Positions 19,448 through 29,425 of a stretch of DNA of 64,000 nucleotides are shown one piece after another; positions within the stretch are counted from its first letter, which is position 1; each line of letters opens with the position of its first letter. The DNA is taken from the NCBI GenBank assembly GCA_965207375.1, contig OZ242274.1, forward strand, positions 2,080,001-2,144,000, read 5' to 3'. Source of the stretch: Nitrosopumilaceae archaeon. Lineage in GTDB: Archaea; Thermoproteota; Nitrososphaeria; Nitrososphaerales; Nitrosopumilaceae. Position numbers and translations under genes: made by a program. The notes under the pieces are model-generated. The model was not told where the DNA came from. It saw only the letters and a list, made by a program, of their open reading frames with translations, and searched no databases.

Positions 19448-19532
19448 TAAGAGGCTAGGTTCACTGTTCCCGCAATATCCAATTCTAGACACGAATCACA
19501 TAAAGTTGCCACATCAGAGCTAGTATCTTATG
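19448..19532. repeat. Degenerate ~85-bp direct repeat, copy B
   Basis: Aligns by eye with 17370-17451. Confidence 0.65.
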
Positions 19533-19866
19533 ACGTACATAATATTAAATCAGCATAACGTCAAAATTTTTGATAAATCTATGCTGTAAAAGAATCTATG
19601 TAGGCAATAAAATTCTAGCATTTTCGGATACGAACTCTGGTCGTAAATTTTTCAGGTATGAAATTTTTAGATATGTTCAAAAACTAGGCATAGAATCAGA
19701 GGTGACCGAAATATGTATTCTCAGTATAAACCATAAATCTCGTATCGGAGTTTGTGAGATCATTGTCTTTTATATCATCTTGTGTAGATATGTTTGCCTC
19801 AGTTTAAGGTTCTATCTAATTCTGCGTACTGTTTTGTAGTGGTAGGTTTATCTCATGACATGGATA

Positions 19867-20775
19867 CTAGTGCATTTGGTCTAGAACTAATTCTTTTTTC
19901 CACTCTAGGTATTTTGTACTTGGTTTGTATGTAGTATCCTCACCTACACTCATCTCAGGCTCGATATTGTCCAACCAGGATTTGAGTACAGGTTTGCGTT
20001 GCTCTTGCAAGTAATCCGTTATGATAATTCCATAATCCTTCTCCACCATTATGTAACCGTGCTCAAATGCCACATCGCACATCTTACATAATAACAAGCC
20101 GTTGACTGGATTCATAGAGTTTATTGCATCTTTGGTTCTCATTATGGAATAAGGTACTATGTGGGCTCCTACCATCCATTGCTTCAAATCAAACCCACAA
20201 AAGAGGCAATAGCCATACTGTTTTTGCAAGATCTTCTTAAAGATTCCCTGCTTGCGTCTTGCAAATATGGTAGTGAGTTCCCCGCTACAGTGAAAGTTAT
20301 TCATATCCATCTCCTTTTTTGCAATTTCCTCCTCAAGTGGCATGGTGCTTATATCATTCAGGCGCCAGATACCTTTCGCTGTGTTTGGCACGTCACTTTT
20401 CAGATCCACTATTGCTCCACTCATTCGAAGATCCTTGATCACGCTTACGGTTGCATTGTATAGTGAGTTTCCATGCTTGTCGTTGCTTTGTTTGTAATAG
20501 TAATTGTCAAACTGTAGGTTGAGCTTTTTTACCACAAACTTGTCAAGATCGGTTTTGTTGTGCCAGACCGGCTTGCTCAGAAAGTCACGGTTTTTAGAGT
20601 CAGCTTTAGTACTGTCAGAAATTGTCCCGCCCCTTTGGTTCAGATATTCAATGACGGCTTCGCCGATACCTTGAAACTCTGGATGCTTTTTGTATCTACG
20701 CCGCAGGAATTTTAGATCCACATTAGAGTGCATGTCATTGGCATATATTGATATTTTTGACCTCTGCGTGGTCAA
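19867..20775 (-). CDS. HNH endonuclease (restriction-type, C-terminal HNH domain)
   Basis: RRKQGIF, CLFCG, GAHIVP, NGLLLCKMCDVAFEHG, YLEW. Confidence 0.85.
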   Translation of the reverse strand: MTTQRSKISIYANDMHSNVDLKFLRRRYKKHPEFQGIGEAVIEYLNQRGGTISDSTKADSKNRDFLSKPVWHNKTDLDKFVVKKLNLQFDNYYYKQSNDKHGNSLYNATVSVIKDLRMSGAIVDLKSDVPNTAKGIWRLNDISTMPLEEEIAKKEMDMNNFHCSGELTTIFARRKQGIFKKILQKQYGYCLFCGFDLKQWMVGAHIVPYSIMRTKDAINSMNPVNGLLLCKMCDVAFEHGYIMVEKDYGIIITDYLQEQRKPVLKSWLDNIEPEMSVGEDTTYKPSTKYLEWKKELVLDQMH

Positions 20776-20994
20776 GGCTATTCCTAATACTTGTTCACCG
20801 TATACCTGATTTTGTAATCATTACATCATCTGGACACAAATTAGTTCTATTACGTGAACAAGTACGACGTATCATTTGAAATTATAGAAATAAAATAAAC
20901 CAAACGGACAAGGCAAGTAAGTTGACAATTTGAAGTTTATTAGGACTAGCTAAATTTCGTGGGCATTATATATAGAAAAAATCTAGGCATGCTC

Positions 20995-21765
20995 ATGGCA
21001 GTTTTAGAAATCAAGGATCTACACGTCTCAAGAGATGGTAAAGAGATCCTCAAAGGCGTGAATCTAAAAACCAAACCAGGCGAGGTTCATGCCATTATGG
21101 GTCCAAACGGCTCTGGAAAGAGTACGCTATCTTACACATTACTTGCACATCCAAAATATGAGGTAACTTCAGGGGACATTTTGTTGGATGGGGAAAGCAT
21201 TTTAGAATTATCAGCTGATCAAAGAGCAAAAAAAGGATTGTTCCTAGGATTTCAATATCCGACAGAGGTATCGGGGGTCGGATTTTCACATTTTTTGAGA
21301 ACATCGTATAATTCGCTAAGCAAGGCACTACAAGGAGAAGATAGAGAAGTATTCATTACAGTTAGGGAATTTCAGAAATATCTCAAAGATAATTTGAATA
21401 AAGTTGGCCTAAGAGATGAGTTTCTTTCAAGATATCTAAATGAGGGATTTTCTGGTGGAGAAAAGAAAAGATCAGAGGTGCTACAGATGGCAGTATTAAA
21501 GCCAAAAATTTCAATTCTTGATGAACCAGATTCAGGTTTAGATGTTGATGCAGTTCAGTCAGTTGCCAAAGCAATCAGTGAGGTATCTGCAAAAGACTCT
21601 ACGGTAATCGTCATTACACATTATGCAAGAATTTTAAAATTCTTAAACAAATTAGATCATGTCCACGTATTTGCAAAAGGCCAGATACTCAAAAGTGGAG
21701 ATGCAGCACTAGCAGATGAGCTAGATGAAAAAGGATACGACTGGGTTCTCAACGAAACACAATAA
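20995..21765 (+). CDS. sufC: Fe-S cluster assembly ATPase
   Basis: MGPNGSGKST, FQYP, LNEGFSGGEKKR, LDEPDSGLD. Confidence 0.96.
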   Translation: MAVLEIKDLHVSRDGKEILKGVNLKTKPGEVHAIMGPNGSGKSTLSYTLLAHPKYEVTSGDILLDGESILELSADQRAKKGLFLGFQYPTEVSGVGFSHFLRTSYNSLSKALQGEDREVFITVREFQKYLKDNLNKVGLRDEFLSRYLNEGFSGGEKKRSEVLQMAVLKPKISILDEPDSGLDVDAVQSVAKAISEVSAKDSTVIVITHYARILKFLNKLDHVHVFAKGQILKSGDAALADELDEKGYDWVLNETQ

Positions 21766-22303
21766 AAAAAATTCTGTTGCTAAATGGTAAATATTTGCAG
21801 TATCTTGCAAATTGTACAGTATCAAAAAAATCAGTTACAATATAAAAAATGAAAATTTCCAGGAAATTTTGCACCTAAACAAGACACGATGAATTTTTGA
21901 CAAGAATATACAGTAATTTCAAAAAAGAGCGGCAATCTAGACCCCGAGCAATGTCATAATAATTTGAGTTATGGTTTTATTTTTTTGTAATTACTATACA
22001 TGTTTTAGATTTACGGATTTGAAAATGTCAATTGAGTTTTTACAACATATTCATGGAGATATCTGAAACTCTCCTCAAAGAAAAACAGGTTCTTGATAGT
22101 TTTTTATCAAACAGCGTGTCACTGTCACAGTAGAACACATTTGTCCCATGAAAGGCGTAAAGATTCGTATCTCATAAATTACAGAAATCTATCTAATCTC
22201 AGAGAATTCACATGGTACTGTTAAACCAATACAAAAAATTTTTGAAATAACACAAGAATCAAATCATTTCTTTATTTAAATAAGGTATAAAATCAAAAAA
22301 AAC

Positions 22304-22978
22304 ATGTCAAAAGAAGACGAGCAATATTTTTTCAATTTTTCATTCTTTAAAATCGATCCCAAATGGAGATGGATGGCAGATTTGGCAAAGAGCGAATCTG
22401 CAAAGGAGGTAGAAAACGTCATCAAGAACTCTGGAATTAAAACAAGAACATATTCCACATTGGGATTAAGAGAGGATGCAGAATTTCTGTTTTGGTTTGC
22501 TGCAAAAACGGTTGAAGAAATACAGCAAGTAATATCAAAAGTATACCTTACAGTATTTGGAAAGTACATTGTACCATCTCAGACGTATCTTTCGTGTACA
22601 AGACCATCAATTTATGCAAAAACTGCAAAGCCCATGTCTTTTGTTGCAGGAGACGACCCAAAAAAATACGTCATAGTGTATCCGTTTATCAAAAGTAGGG
22701 AATGGTATCTGCTAACAAAGGAAAAAAGACAGGAACTAATGGATGAGCACATAAACGTGAGCCAAAAATATCCCCAAGTTGCGCTAAACACGACATACTC
22801 GTTTGGCATCGATGACCAGGACTTTATGCTTGCATTTGAGGTAGATGATTTACGTGATTTTCAGAACCTCATCATGGAGTTGCGCGAAACACAGGTCTCA
22901 AGATTCGTAACATCAGATATTCCGATGATTCCATGTGTAAGAAAGGACATAATTTCACTCATAAACAGTTTGGGATAA
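22304..22978 (+). CDS. Chlorite dismutase/coproheme decarboxylase (ChdC/HemQ) family protein
   Basis: VYPFIKSREWYLL..RQELMDEH, YSFGIDDQDF; located next to heme genes. Confidence 0.85.
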   Translation: MSKEDEQYFFNFSFFKIDPKWRWMADLAKSESAKEVENVIKNSGIKTRTYSTLGLREDAEFLFWFAAKTVEEIQQVISKVYLTVFGKYIVPSQTYLSCTRPSIYAKTAKPMSFVAGDDPKKYVIVYPFIKSREWYLLTKEKRQELMDEHINVSQKYPQVALNTTYSFGIDDQDFMLAFEVDDLRDFQNLIMELRETQVSRFVTSDIPMIPCVRKDIISLINSLG

Positions 22979-23115
22979 ATCAAAAATGCACGGTAACCTG
23001 TCAAAAAGATTTCAAGGCTGCAAATCTCGGATAAACATAAATGCCAAAATAAAAGATTGTCATCTAGTTTTGAGTAAAGAAAAATCTGCACAAAATTTGT
23101 CAGGAGAGTCATAAA

Positions 23116-24108
23116 TTGAAATACAACACGTTGGGGAAAAGCAAAATCAAGGTCTCAGAAATAGGTTTTGGAGCATGGACTATAGCACTGAACTGGTGGG
23201 GAAAGGAAATCCAAGAAGACGAGGCAAAAAGAATGCTAAAAAAGGCATATGATTTGGGAATCAACTTTTTTGAAACAGCAGACATGTACGGGAAGGGAAA
23301 AAGTGAAAAATTAATCGGCGAGGTTTTCAAAGACATGAGAGATGAGGTGGTAATTTCAACAAAATACGGATATGACTTTGAATCAGTAGAACAAATTGGA
23401 CACAGTGAATTGCCACAATATTTTGATGAAAATTTTACAAAAAAGGCACTAGAAAATAGCTTAGAGAGATTGCAGACAGACTATGTCGACATGTACGGAC
23501 TACACAATCCCAAGATACATCACATTCGAGACGATTCAATTTTCAGTACGTTGGATTTATTAAAAAATCAAGGCAAGATCAAGACATGCCAAGCTGCCTT
23601 GGGACCTGCAATAGGATGGACTCAAGAGGGAATAGAGGCAATGAACCGGCCAAATATCAGCGCAGTACAAACAGTATACAACATTTTAGAGCAGACTCCA
23701 GGAAATGAATTGCTTGAAAATGCAGTTAAAAACGAGGTGGGGATTCTAGTCAGAGTTCCTGACGCATCGGGAATACTGACAGGTAAAGTAAATGCAGATA
23801 CAAAAATAGATGAAAAGGATCACCGTTCGGTAAGAAAGGGTCAATGGATAAAGGCATCACTAAAAAAAGTAGAGCAGCTGCGTCCCATTGCAAAAAGAAA
23901 CGGACTAAACATTACAGAGTTGGCAATCAAATTCATTTTGTCAAAAAAAGGAATTTCATCTGTCTTTCCCACAGTAGTCAGTACGGAGGAAATCGAGCAG
24001 TTCTCTGCAATCTCTGATGGAAGATACATCAATGCATCAGATTTGAAAGAAATTGATGACTTGTTTAACTCATGGCCTCAATACGAGTTAAAATCAACGG
24101 TACAGTAA
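23116..24108 (+). CDS. Aldo/keto reductase
   Basis: VSEIGFG, FFETADMYG, STK, SLERLQTDYVD..LH. Confidence 0.92.
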   Translation: MKYNTLGKSKIKVSEIGFGAWTIALNWWGKEIQEDEAKRMLKKAYDLGINFFETADMYGKGKSEKLIGEVFKDMRDEVVISTKYGYDFESVEQIGHSELPQYFDENFTKKALENSLERLQTDYVDMYGLHNPKIHHIRDDSIFSTLDLLKNQGKIKTCQAALGPAIGWTQEGIEAMNRPNISAVQTVYNILEQTPGNELLENAVKNEVGILVRVPDASGILTGKVNADTKIDEKDHRSVRKGQWIKASLKKVEQLRPIAKRNGLNITELAIKFILSKKGISSVFPTVVSTEEIEQFSAISDGRYINASDLKEIDDLFNSWPQYELKSTVQ

Positions 24109-24441
24109 ATGTACGACGTAAACCCAGAATACACCATCGACATCATAGAGCAGTTAAAGGCTGCTAAAATAGGAAACTATACAAAATGGAAAAAATTAAT
24201 TAAAAAAATCCAAAATTATGAGAAATTAAATGAGGCAGAAATCAGTTATCTGACAACGTTTACAAGAGTATACAAAAATTCCAAAATTACAGCACGCAGC
24301 AAGATACTTCACGTAAAATTGTCCAAAGAAGATCAAAGGCCAAAATGCCAGTCGTGTGAAGAAAAATCAGATTTTTATTGCAATCAAAATGACGCATACT
24401 TTTGTAAAACACACATAATCGGGCACGACAATAATGAGTGA
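24109..24441 (+). CDS. Hypothetical protein with C-terminal Cys/His zinc-finger-like motif
   Basis: CQSC...FYC.Q.DAYFCKTH...H. Confidence 0.7.
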   Translation: MYDVNPEYTIDIIEQLKAAKIGNYTKWKKLIKKIQNYEKLNEAEISYLTTFTRVYKNSKITARSKILHVKLSKEDQRPKCQSCEEKSDFYCNQNDAYFCKTHIIGHDNNE

Positions 24442-24445
24442 TGAT

Positions 24446-25459
24446 TCAAGCAGGTATAGTTTTCTCTAATGAAAAATCACGTTCTACAAAATATTCTACT
24501 CGTGTTTTTTTAAATTCGCGCGAGCTAAATAGAATTTTGTATTCATGAACTCCAATTTGCTCCTCAATTTGGGCAGAAACTGTACCTGCCTCCTTGACAC
24601 TCTTACAATGAATCATCGAAAAGACGTTGTAGGGCCAGTCAGGATAGGTTGGTCTTTGATAGCAATGACTTACTTGGGGGAATGCTCCTAGTTTTTCACC
24701 CACACTTTCAATTTTGTCCTCTGGCACCTTCCAGACAATCATGCCATTTGCAGTAAAGCCTGCATCCCGGTGTCGCAATATTGCTGCAAAACGCCTAAGA
24801 ACGCCAATTTCTTCATATTCTTTTAGTTTTGAAAAAATGTCATCAACACTCATTGATAGGCTTTTAGAATATTTCAAAAACGGTTCCTCAACAATCTCAA
24901 GATCCTTTTGTAGGTGACGGATGAATTCCTTGTCTTGTTCGGTTGGAGAAAAGACCACATTTTTGATCTGTTTTTTCTCCTCAGATGGTTTTACATCGTG
25001 CTTTTTTTCATCAACCATGTCCAATTTAACACCTATTTTGAACAATTTTATCGTTGGAAGCATTCTAGTTTTTTTGATTCCAGTCAACTTTGAGAATTTG
25101 GCCAGTTCGGTTTTGAGTTCAGAGCCTGGGGGAACTGCCAAAGTAAACCAAAGATTGAATTGATGATCCCGCTCATAGTTGTGACTTACGCCTGGATGTC
25201 TGTTTATTTGGCTTGCAACATGTTCTAATTTGTCTGATTCGATTTCCATAGCCACCAAGGAACTTTTGTATCCTAGTTTTCTCGTATCAAAAATGGCACT
25301 TAGCTGTCTTAAAACACCGGTTTGTTTCAGGCGCTCTAGTTTTTTCATCAAAAATTCCGGAGTTACATCAAATTTTTTGGCAATGGCATGAAATGGTTTT
25401 GGCACCAGTGGAAATGTCCACTGTATTTCGTTTAGGATTTCTTTGTCAAGCTCGTCCAT
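24446..25459 (-). CDS. Siroheme decarboxylase, fused AhbA/AhbB (Lrp/AsnC-like, NirDL/GH family)
   Basis: Two HTH plus core repeats with GVSHNYER...NLWFT and VSHCYQR...WPYNVFSMIH. Confidence 0.88.
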   Translation of the reverse strand: MDELDKEILNEIQWTFPLVPKPFHAIAKKFDVTPEFLMKKLERLKQTGVLRQLSAIFDTRKLGYKSSLVAMEIESDKLEHVASQINRHPGVSHNYERDHQFNLWFTLAVPPGSELKTELAKFSKLTGIKKTRMLPTIKLFKIGVKLDMVDEKKHDVKPSEEKKQIKNVVFSPTEQDKEFIRHLQKDLEIVEEPFLKYSKSLSMSVDDIFSKLKEYEEIGVLRRFAAILRHRDAGFTANGMIVWKVPEDKIESVGEKLGAFPQVSHCYQRPTYPDWPYNVFSMIHCKSVKEAGTVSAQIEEQIGVHEYKILFSSREFKKTRVEYFVERDFSLEKTIPA

Positions 25460-25686
25460 AATAGTCAATGTACAGATTTTTTATGGTTCAATTAAAAATG
25501 TAACGTAAAATACTGCCTTTTGCAAACCTAGTCAGAAAGACTCATGGCTTTTGGTAAAACAGATGTTACTGGTGTTATAGGGATTTTTGATTTAGGCAAA
25601 ATGAGCCGGAACCATCATATCAGACTGTCCAATGCCAAATTATACATATCGAATCTATAAATACAAACTCGGGCTCCCAAGGATCG

Positions 25687-26346
25687 TTGATTGTGGATCT
25701 TCACCTAAAAGGAGAGTTGGTAATTATAATAGGTGGAGGTTCTGAAGGATTAAAAAAAATCAATTCGTTGCTAACACAAAACTGTGAAATTATGTTGTTT
25801 AGTGATACTACAAATGGGCAGATTGACAAATATGTAAGGGCAAAAAAAATCCGATTCAAAAAAATGACCCTAAAGGATGCAGATTTTCTTGTAAAATACA
25901 AGCCGTATATCGTAATGGCTACAACAAATGATAGAAAATTGAATCGCAAAATTGTCCAAAAGGCAAAAAAGATGAGATGTGTGGCATATGCATCTGATGA
26001 TCCTGAGGTGAGTGATTTTGCATATCCTGCAATAATCAACATTGAAGATACCATACAGGTGGCAATATCAACCGGCGGAAAAAGTCCCGCTATGGCCAGA
26101 AAAATAAAGATAGAGGCTGAAAAAATTTTCAAAAAGGTCGTAAAAAAAGAGGATATTTTACAGATCAGACTACAGCAGATCGCACGGGAGCAGGCCAAAA
26201 AAAAGATAGACACACAGCAACAAAGAAGGCGGTTCCTTTATTCTGTGATAAACGACGAAACGGTTAAACAGTTAATAAAAAATGATGATTTCAAAAGAGC
26301 TCAAACTAGAATTAATGCAATGTTGAGGAAATGGAATGAAAAATAA
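25687..26346 (+). CDS. Precorrin-2 dehydrogenase / sirohydrochlorin ferrochelatase (SirC/CysG-B)
   Basis: IIGGG, DDPE..DF..PA, AISTGGKSPAMA. Confidence 0.9.
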   Translation: MIVDLHLKGELVIIIGGGSEGLKKINSLLTQNCEIMLFSDTTNGQIDKYVRAKKIRFKKMTLKDADFLVKYKPYIVMATTNDRKLNRKIVQKAKKMRCVAYASDDPEVSDFAYPAIINIEDTIQVAISTGGKSPAMARKIKIEAEKIFKKVVKKEDILQIRLQQIAREQAKKKIDTQQQRRRFLYSVINDETVKQLIKNDDFKRAQTRINAMLRKWNEK

Positions 26347-27589
26347 CATAATCAATGCAAGGGTGACTTTTCGTAATTCTCCAATTCATATATTAGAAAG
26401 ATTTACCTTTAAAAATATCGGCGAGGCATACGAACAATTCAAAAAGCATTCGGATGCAGATGAATGCGTGATTTTGCAAACATGCAACAGAGTAGAATTA
26501 TTTGTTATAGGAAACAATGATGTGTCCAAATTAAAAAAGACTTGGGCATCGTTGACGGGTCTAGAAGAAAATGCGTTTGATGAGAACTTTGAATGTGTAA
26601 CAAATAGCGATGCCTACAAGCACCTGTTAAAGCTCACGTCTGGTTTGGATTCTATGGTAATTGGCGAGGAGCAGATCCTAGGACAGGTAAAAAATTCAAT
26701 CACAAATGCAAGGGACATGAGATCCTCTGGAGAGTGCCTCAATACACTGTTTGACAAAGCCATCAAAATAGGAACAAGAATCAGAAACTCGACTGAGATC
26801 AACAGAGGTGGAATTTCGGTTGGCTCAATGGCAGTCAAATTGGCAGAAGAAAATGTAGATGATCTAAAGTCAAAGATGATCTTGTTGATTGGAACAGGGG
26901 AAATATCGACTCTAGTTGCAAAATCACTAACACGTAGGGGATATAATTTTCACGTAACTAGCAGAACCATACAGCGGGCAAATGCGTTTTGTGAGACATT
27001 GGGCGGAGCGCCGATAAAATTTGAGGAGGTATTGACATGTTTTGAAAATTATGATGTGATTCTAGTTGCAACTACGGCACCGTATTTCCTTGTGACATAT
27101 GAAAAAATTACAAATGCAATGAAGCAAAAACAAAAAGGAATGATGATTTTAGATCTGTCAAATCCTAGAACCGTCGATGAAAAGGTGGCAACACTGTCAG
27201 GAGTAAAACTGATGAATTTGGATCAGATTGCAGAGATGGTTGATAAAAACATGAAAAAGAGAATCAACAAGGTAAAAACGGTTGAAACTATAATTAATGA
27301 CGAGTTAGAGGTATTACAGGCGTCTATGAATCGATTAAATGCAGAACCATTGGTAAAGGAGGTTTTCAAAAACATTGATGCATTAAGAGAAAAAGAGCTG
27401 CAAAAGGCGCTAAAAATGCTAGGCGAAAACGATCAAGACAGGATAAAAATTATTGAAGAGCTCACAAAGGCGCTAGTTGAAAGTATTGTATCTACCCCCA
27501 TGAATAATTTAAGAAAGGCATCAGAGAAAGGAGAGTCAAACATTGTAGATATTGCAAGCAAATTGTTTGATTATGCCAAAAGGCAATAG
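26336..27589 (+). CDS. hemA: Glutamyl-tRNA reductase
   Basis: TCNRVE, GLDSMVIGEEQILGQ, IGTGE, DLSNPR. Confidence 0.96.
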   Translation: MKNNIINARVTFRNSPIHILERFTFKNIGEAYEQFKKHSDADECVILQTCNRVELFVIGNNDVSKLKKTWASLTGLEENAFDENFECVTNSDAYKHLLKLTSGLDSMVIGEEQILGQVKNSITNARDMRSSGECLNTLFDKAIKIGTRIRNSTEINRGGISVGSMAVKLAEENVDDLKSKMILLIGTGEISTLVAKSLTRRGYNFHVTSRTIQRANAFCETLGGAPIKFEEVLTCFENYDVILVATTAPYFLVTYEKITNAMKQKQKGMMILDLSNPRTVDEKVATLSGVKLMNLDQIAEMVDKNMKKRINKVKTVETIINDELEVLQASMNRLNAEPLVKEVFKNIDALREKELQKALKMLGENDQDRIKIIEELTKALVESIVSTPMNNLRKASEKGESNIVDIASKLFDYAKRQ

Positions 27590-27626
27590 ACTAGGATTAT
27601 ATTTGTAGTGAGATATTTTTCAAGTA

Positions 27627-28610
27627 TTGTCATTTCCTGCCTCCCGGCTACGCAGAATGCGAATATCTGAGAAAATGAGAGAGCTGGTTCAAGAAACGGA
27701 CCTGCAGCCTAGAGATTTTATTGCACCGATATTTGTTCAAGAGGATCTTAAAACTAGAGTGGAGATTGATTCCATGTCGGATTTGCAAAGAATTCCGCTA
27801 GATGATGTCAATGACGAGGTAGGTACAATTTCAGATTTGGGAATTTCTGCAGTCATGCTGTTTGGAATACCTGCAAACAAGGATGATGCAGGCAACTCAG
27901 CCTTTGATGAGTCAGGCATTGTACAAAAGGCAATTGAGCAGGTTAGAAAAAACTTTGGAGATAAAATGGTAATAATGGCAGATGTGTGTCTGTGCCAATA
28001 CACATCAACTGGGCATTGTGGCCTGATCAAGGACGGCAAAATAGACAACGATTCCAGCAATGACGTTTTGTCAAAAATTGCCACCAGTCAGGCAATGGCT
28101 GGAGCAGACGTGGTTTCACCATCTGCAATGATGGACGGCCAAGTAGCACGCATAAGACGCGGACTAGATGAGGTAGGATTTACAGACGTGTCAATAATGT
28201 CACATTCGGCAAAACATAGATCATCATTTTATTCACCATTTAGGGACGCTGCACAGTGTGCACCAAAGTTTGGAGACAGAAAAACATATCAGGTTCCATT
28301 TACAAATGCACGAGAAGCAATGAGGGAGGTGGAATTAGACGTCAACGAAGGTGTAGATATCGTAATGATAAAACCTGCATTATCTTATTTAGATTTGATT
28401 GCAGAGACTAGGAGGAGGTTTGATGTGCCAGTGTCAGCATATAGTGTATCTGGAGAGTATGCACTAGTAAAAGGGGCTGCAAGACAAGGATGGATAAATG
28501 AGGATGAAATTACACAAGAAATTTTGCATTCTATAAAAAGAGCAGGCGCAGACATGATAGTTACCTATTTTGCAAAATCGGCTGCAAGATTACTCAATGA
28601 TTCCAAATGA
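27627..28610 (+). CDS. hemB: Porphobilinogen synthase
   Basis: DVCLCQYT..GHCG, SAMMDG, PFRDA, MIKPA, YSVSGEY. Confidence 0.97.
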   Translation: MSFPASRLRRMRISEKMRELVQETDLQPRDFIAPIFVQEDLKTRVEIDSMSDLQRIPLDDVNDEVGTISDLGISAVMLFGIPANKDDAGNSAFDESGIVQKAIEQVRKNFGDKMVIMADVCLCQYTSTGHCGLIKDGKIDNDSSNDVLSKIATSQAMAGADVVSPSAMMDGQVARIRRGLDEVGFTDVSIMSHSAKHRSSFYSPFRDAAQCAPKFGDRKTYQVPFTNAREAMREVELDVNEGVDIVMIKPALSYLDLIAETRRRFDVPVSAYSVSGEYALVKGAARQGWINEDEITQEILHSIKRAGADMIVTYFAKSAARLLNDSK

Positions 28611-28918
28611 GAGACGACGAGCGTTTTGAGATAGAGAGGGCATTTGACCTGCTTCCGCATGTGGCAGGTGCTAGTTGGGCCACATTATGGTTTAGACTAA
28701 ATGCGATAAAAAATCCAACAGCAAAAGAGTTTAGGGAAAAGACTGCACAGTATTTCAAAAAGCTAGATGTACTGTACGAGTCGTTTCCAGACAATAAAGA
28801 ATTTGCAGGAATCTTAAAGTTCATCAGATGGAGAAGGGACGAGGAGATCAAAAGGATCCTAAATGGACTCAATCCTGAAATAGAAAAGCGCTACAAAAGA
28901 TATGTCGATTACGGATAG
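28607..28918 (+). CDS. Hypothetical protein, translationally coupled to hemB
   Basis: ATGA overlap with the hemB stop; clean 103-aa ORF. Confidence 0.75.
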   Translation: MRDDERFEIERAFDLLPHVAGASWATLWFRLNAIKNPTAKEFREKTAQYFKKLDVLYESFPDNKEFAGILKFIRWRRDEEIKRILNGLNPEIEKRYKRYVDYG

Positions 28919-29010
28919 GTTAAAATTTGTTTGATTTTTATATGATAATTTTACAGATTTTTAGAAAATATGGATCGATGTTTATCTTGGTATGAAATCC
29001 AACTCGGAGC

Positions 29011-29394
29011 ATGTCAGAAAAGATAGAATATGGACAAAAGTTAGACAGAATACTAGGCATTGACAAAAACATTAGATTTGCAATTGTAAGTGACATGAAT
29101 GGAAGACCCATTGTATCAAAAAGCAAGCCAGGCATCAGCCTATATTTGAGTCCAGAGGACACTCAGGAAACATTACAGCATGCAGTTTCGGCATGGAAGT
29201 CAAGAATGAAGCATTATGACAAGATAGGAAACGGGATATACACCCTAGCAGTGTATGAAAAAATACGAAGGGTAACGGTTCCGTTAAAGAGTGGAAATCT
29301 TTTGCTAGTTACCATAGACAACGAAGGCGGTCAACAGCAAATAGTTGATAAAATCCTAAACGAAGTCTTGTATCACGATTATACAAAGGCATAA
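29011..29394 (+). CDS. Roadblock/profilin-like thaumarchaeal protein (DUF6659-like)
   Basis: ILGIDKNIRFAIV.D.NG...G...YTLAVYEKIRRVTVPL pattern. Confidence 0.65.
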   Translation: MSEKIEYGQKLDRILGIDKNIRFAIVSDMNGRPIVSKSKPGISLYLSPEDTQETLQHAVSAWKSRMKHYDKIGNGIYTLAVYEKIRRVTVPLKSGNLLLVTIDNEGGQQQIVDKILNEVLYHDYTKA

Positions 29395-29425
29395 TCATAC
29401 AAGAATTTCAAATTTTTATCCTAAA

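Noticed and set aside
19440-19535. Repeat copy B read as a TnpB C-terminal remnant (CDSC...LD...N on the minus strand)
   Set aside because: Resemblance is too short and is not preserved in copy A
19570-19839. 89-aa ORF between the NTase and HNH genes
   Set aside because: Atypical composition; more likely the antisense of decayed sequence
20995-21765. sufC separated from sufBD as an anomaly
   Set aside because: Both parts are intact; split suf loci are not unusual
21770-22300. 530-bp AT-rich intergenic region with a small palindrome (ATTTGCA-N6-TGCAAAT)
   Set aside because: No supportable ORF, RNA or repeat family identified
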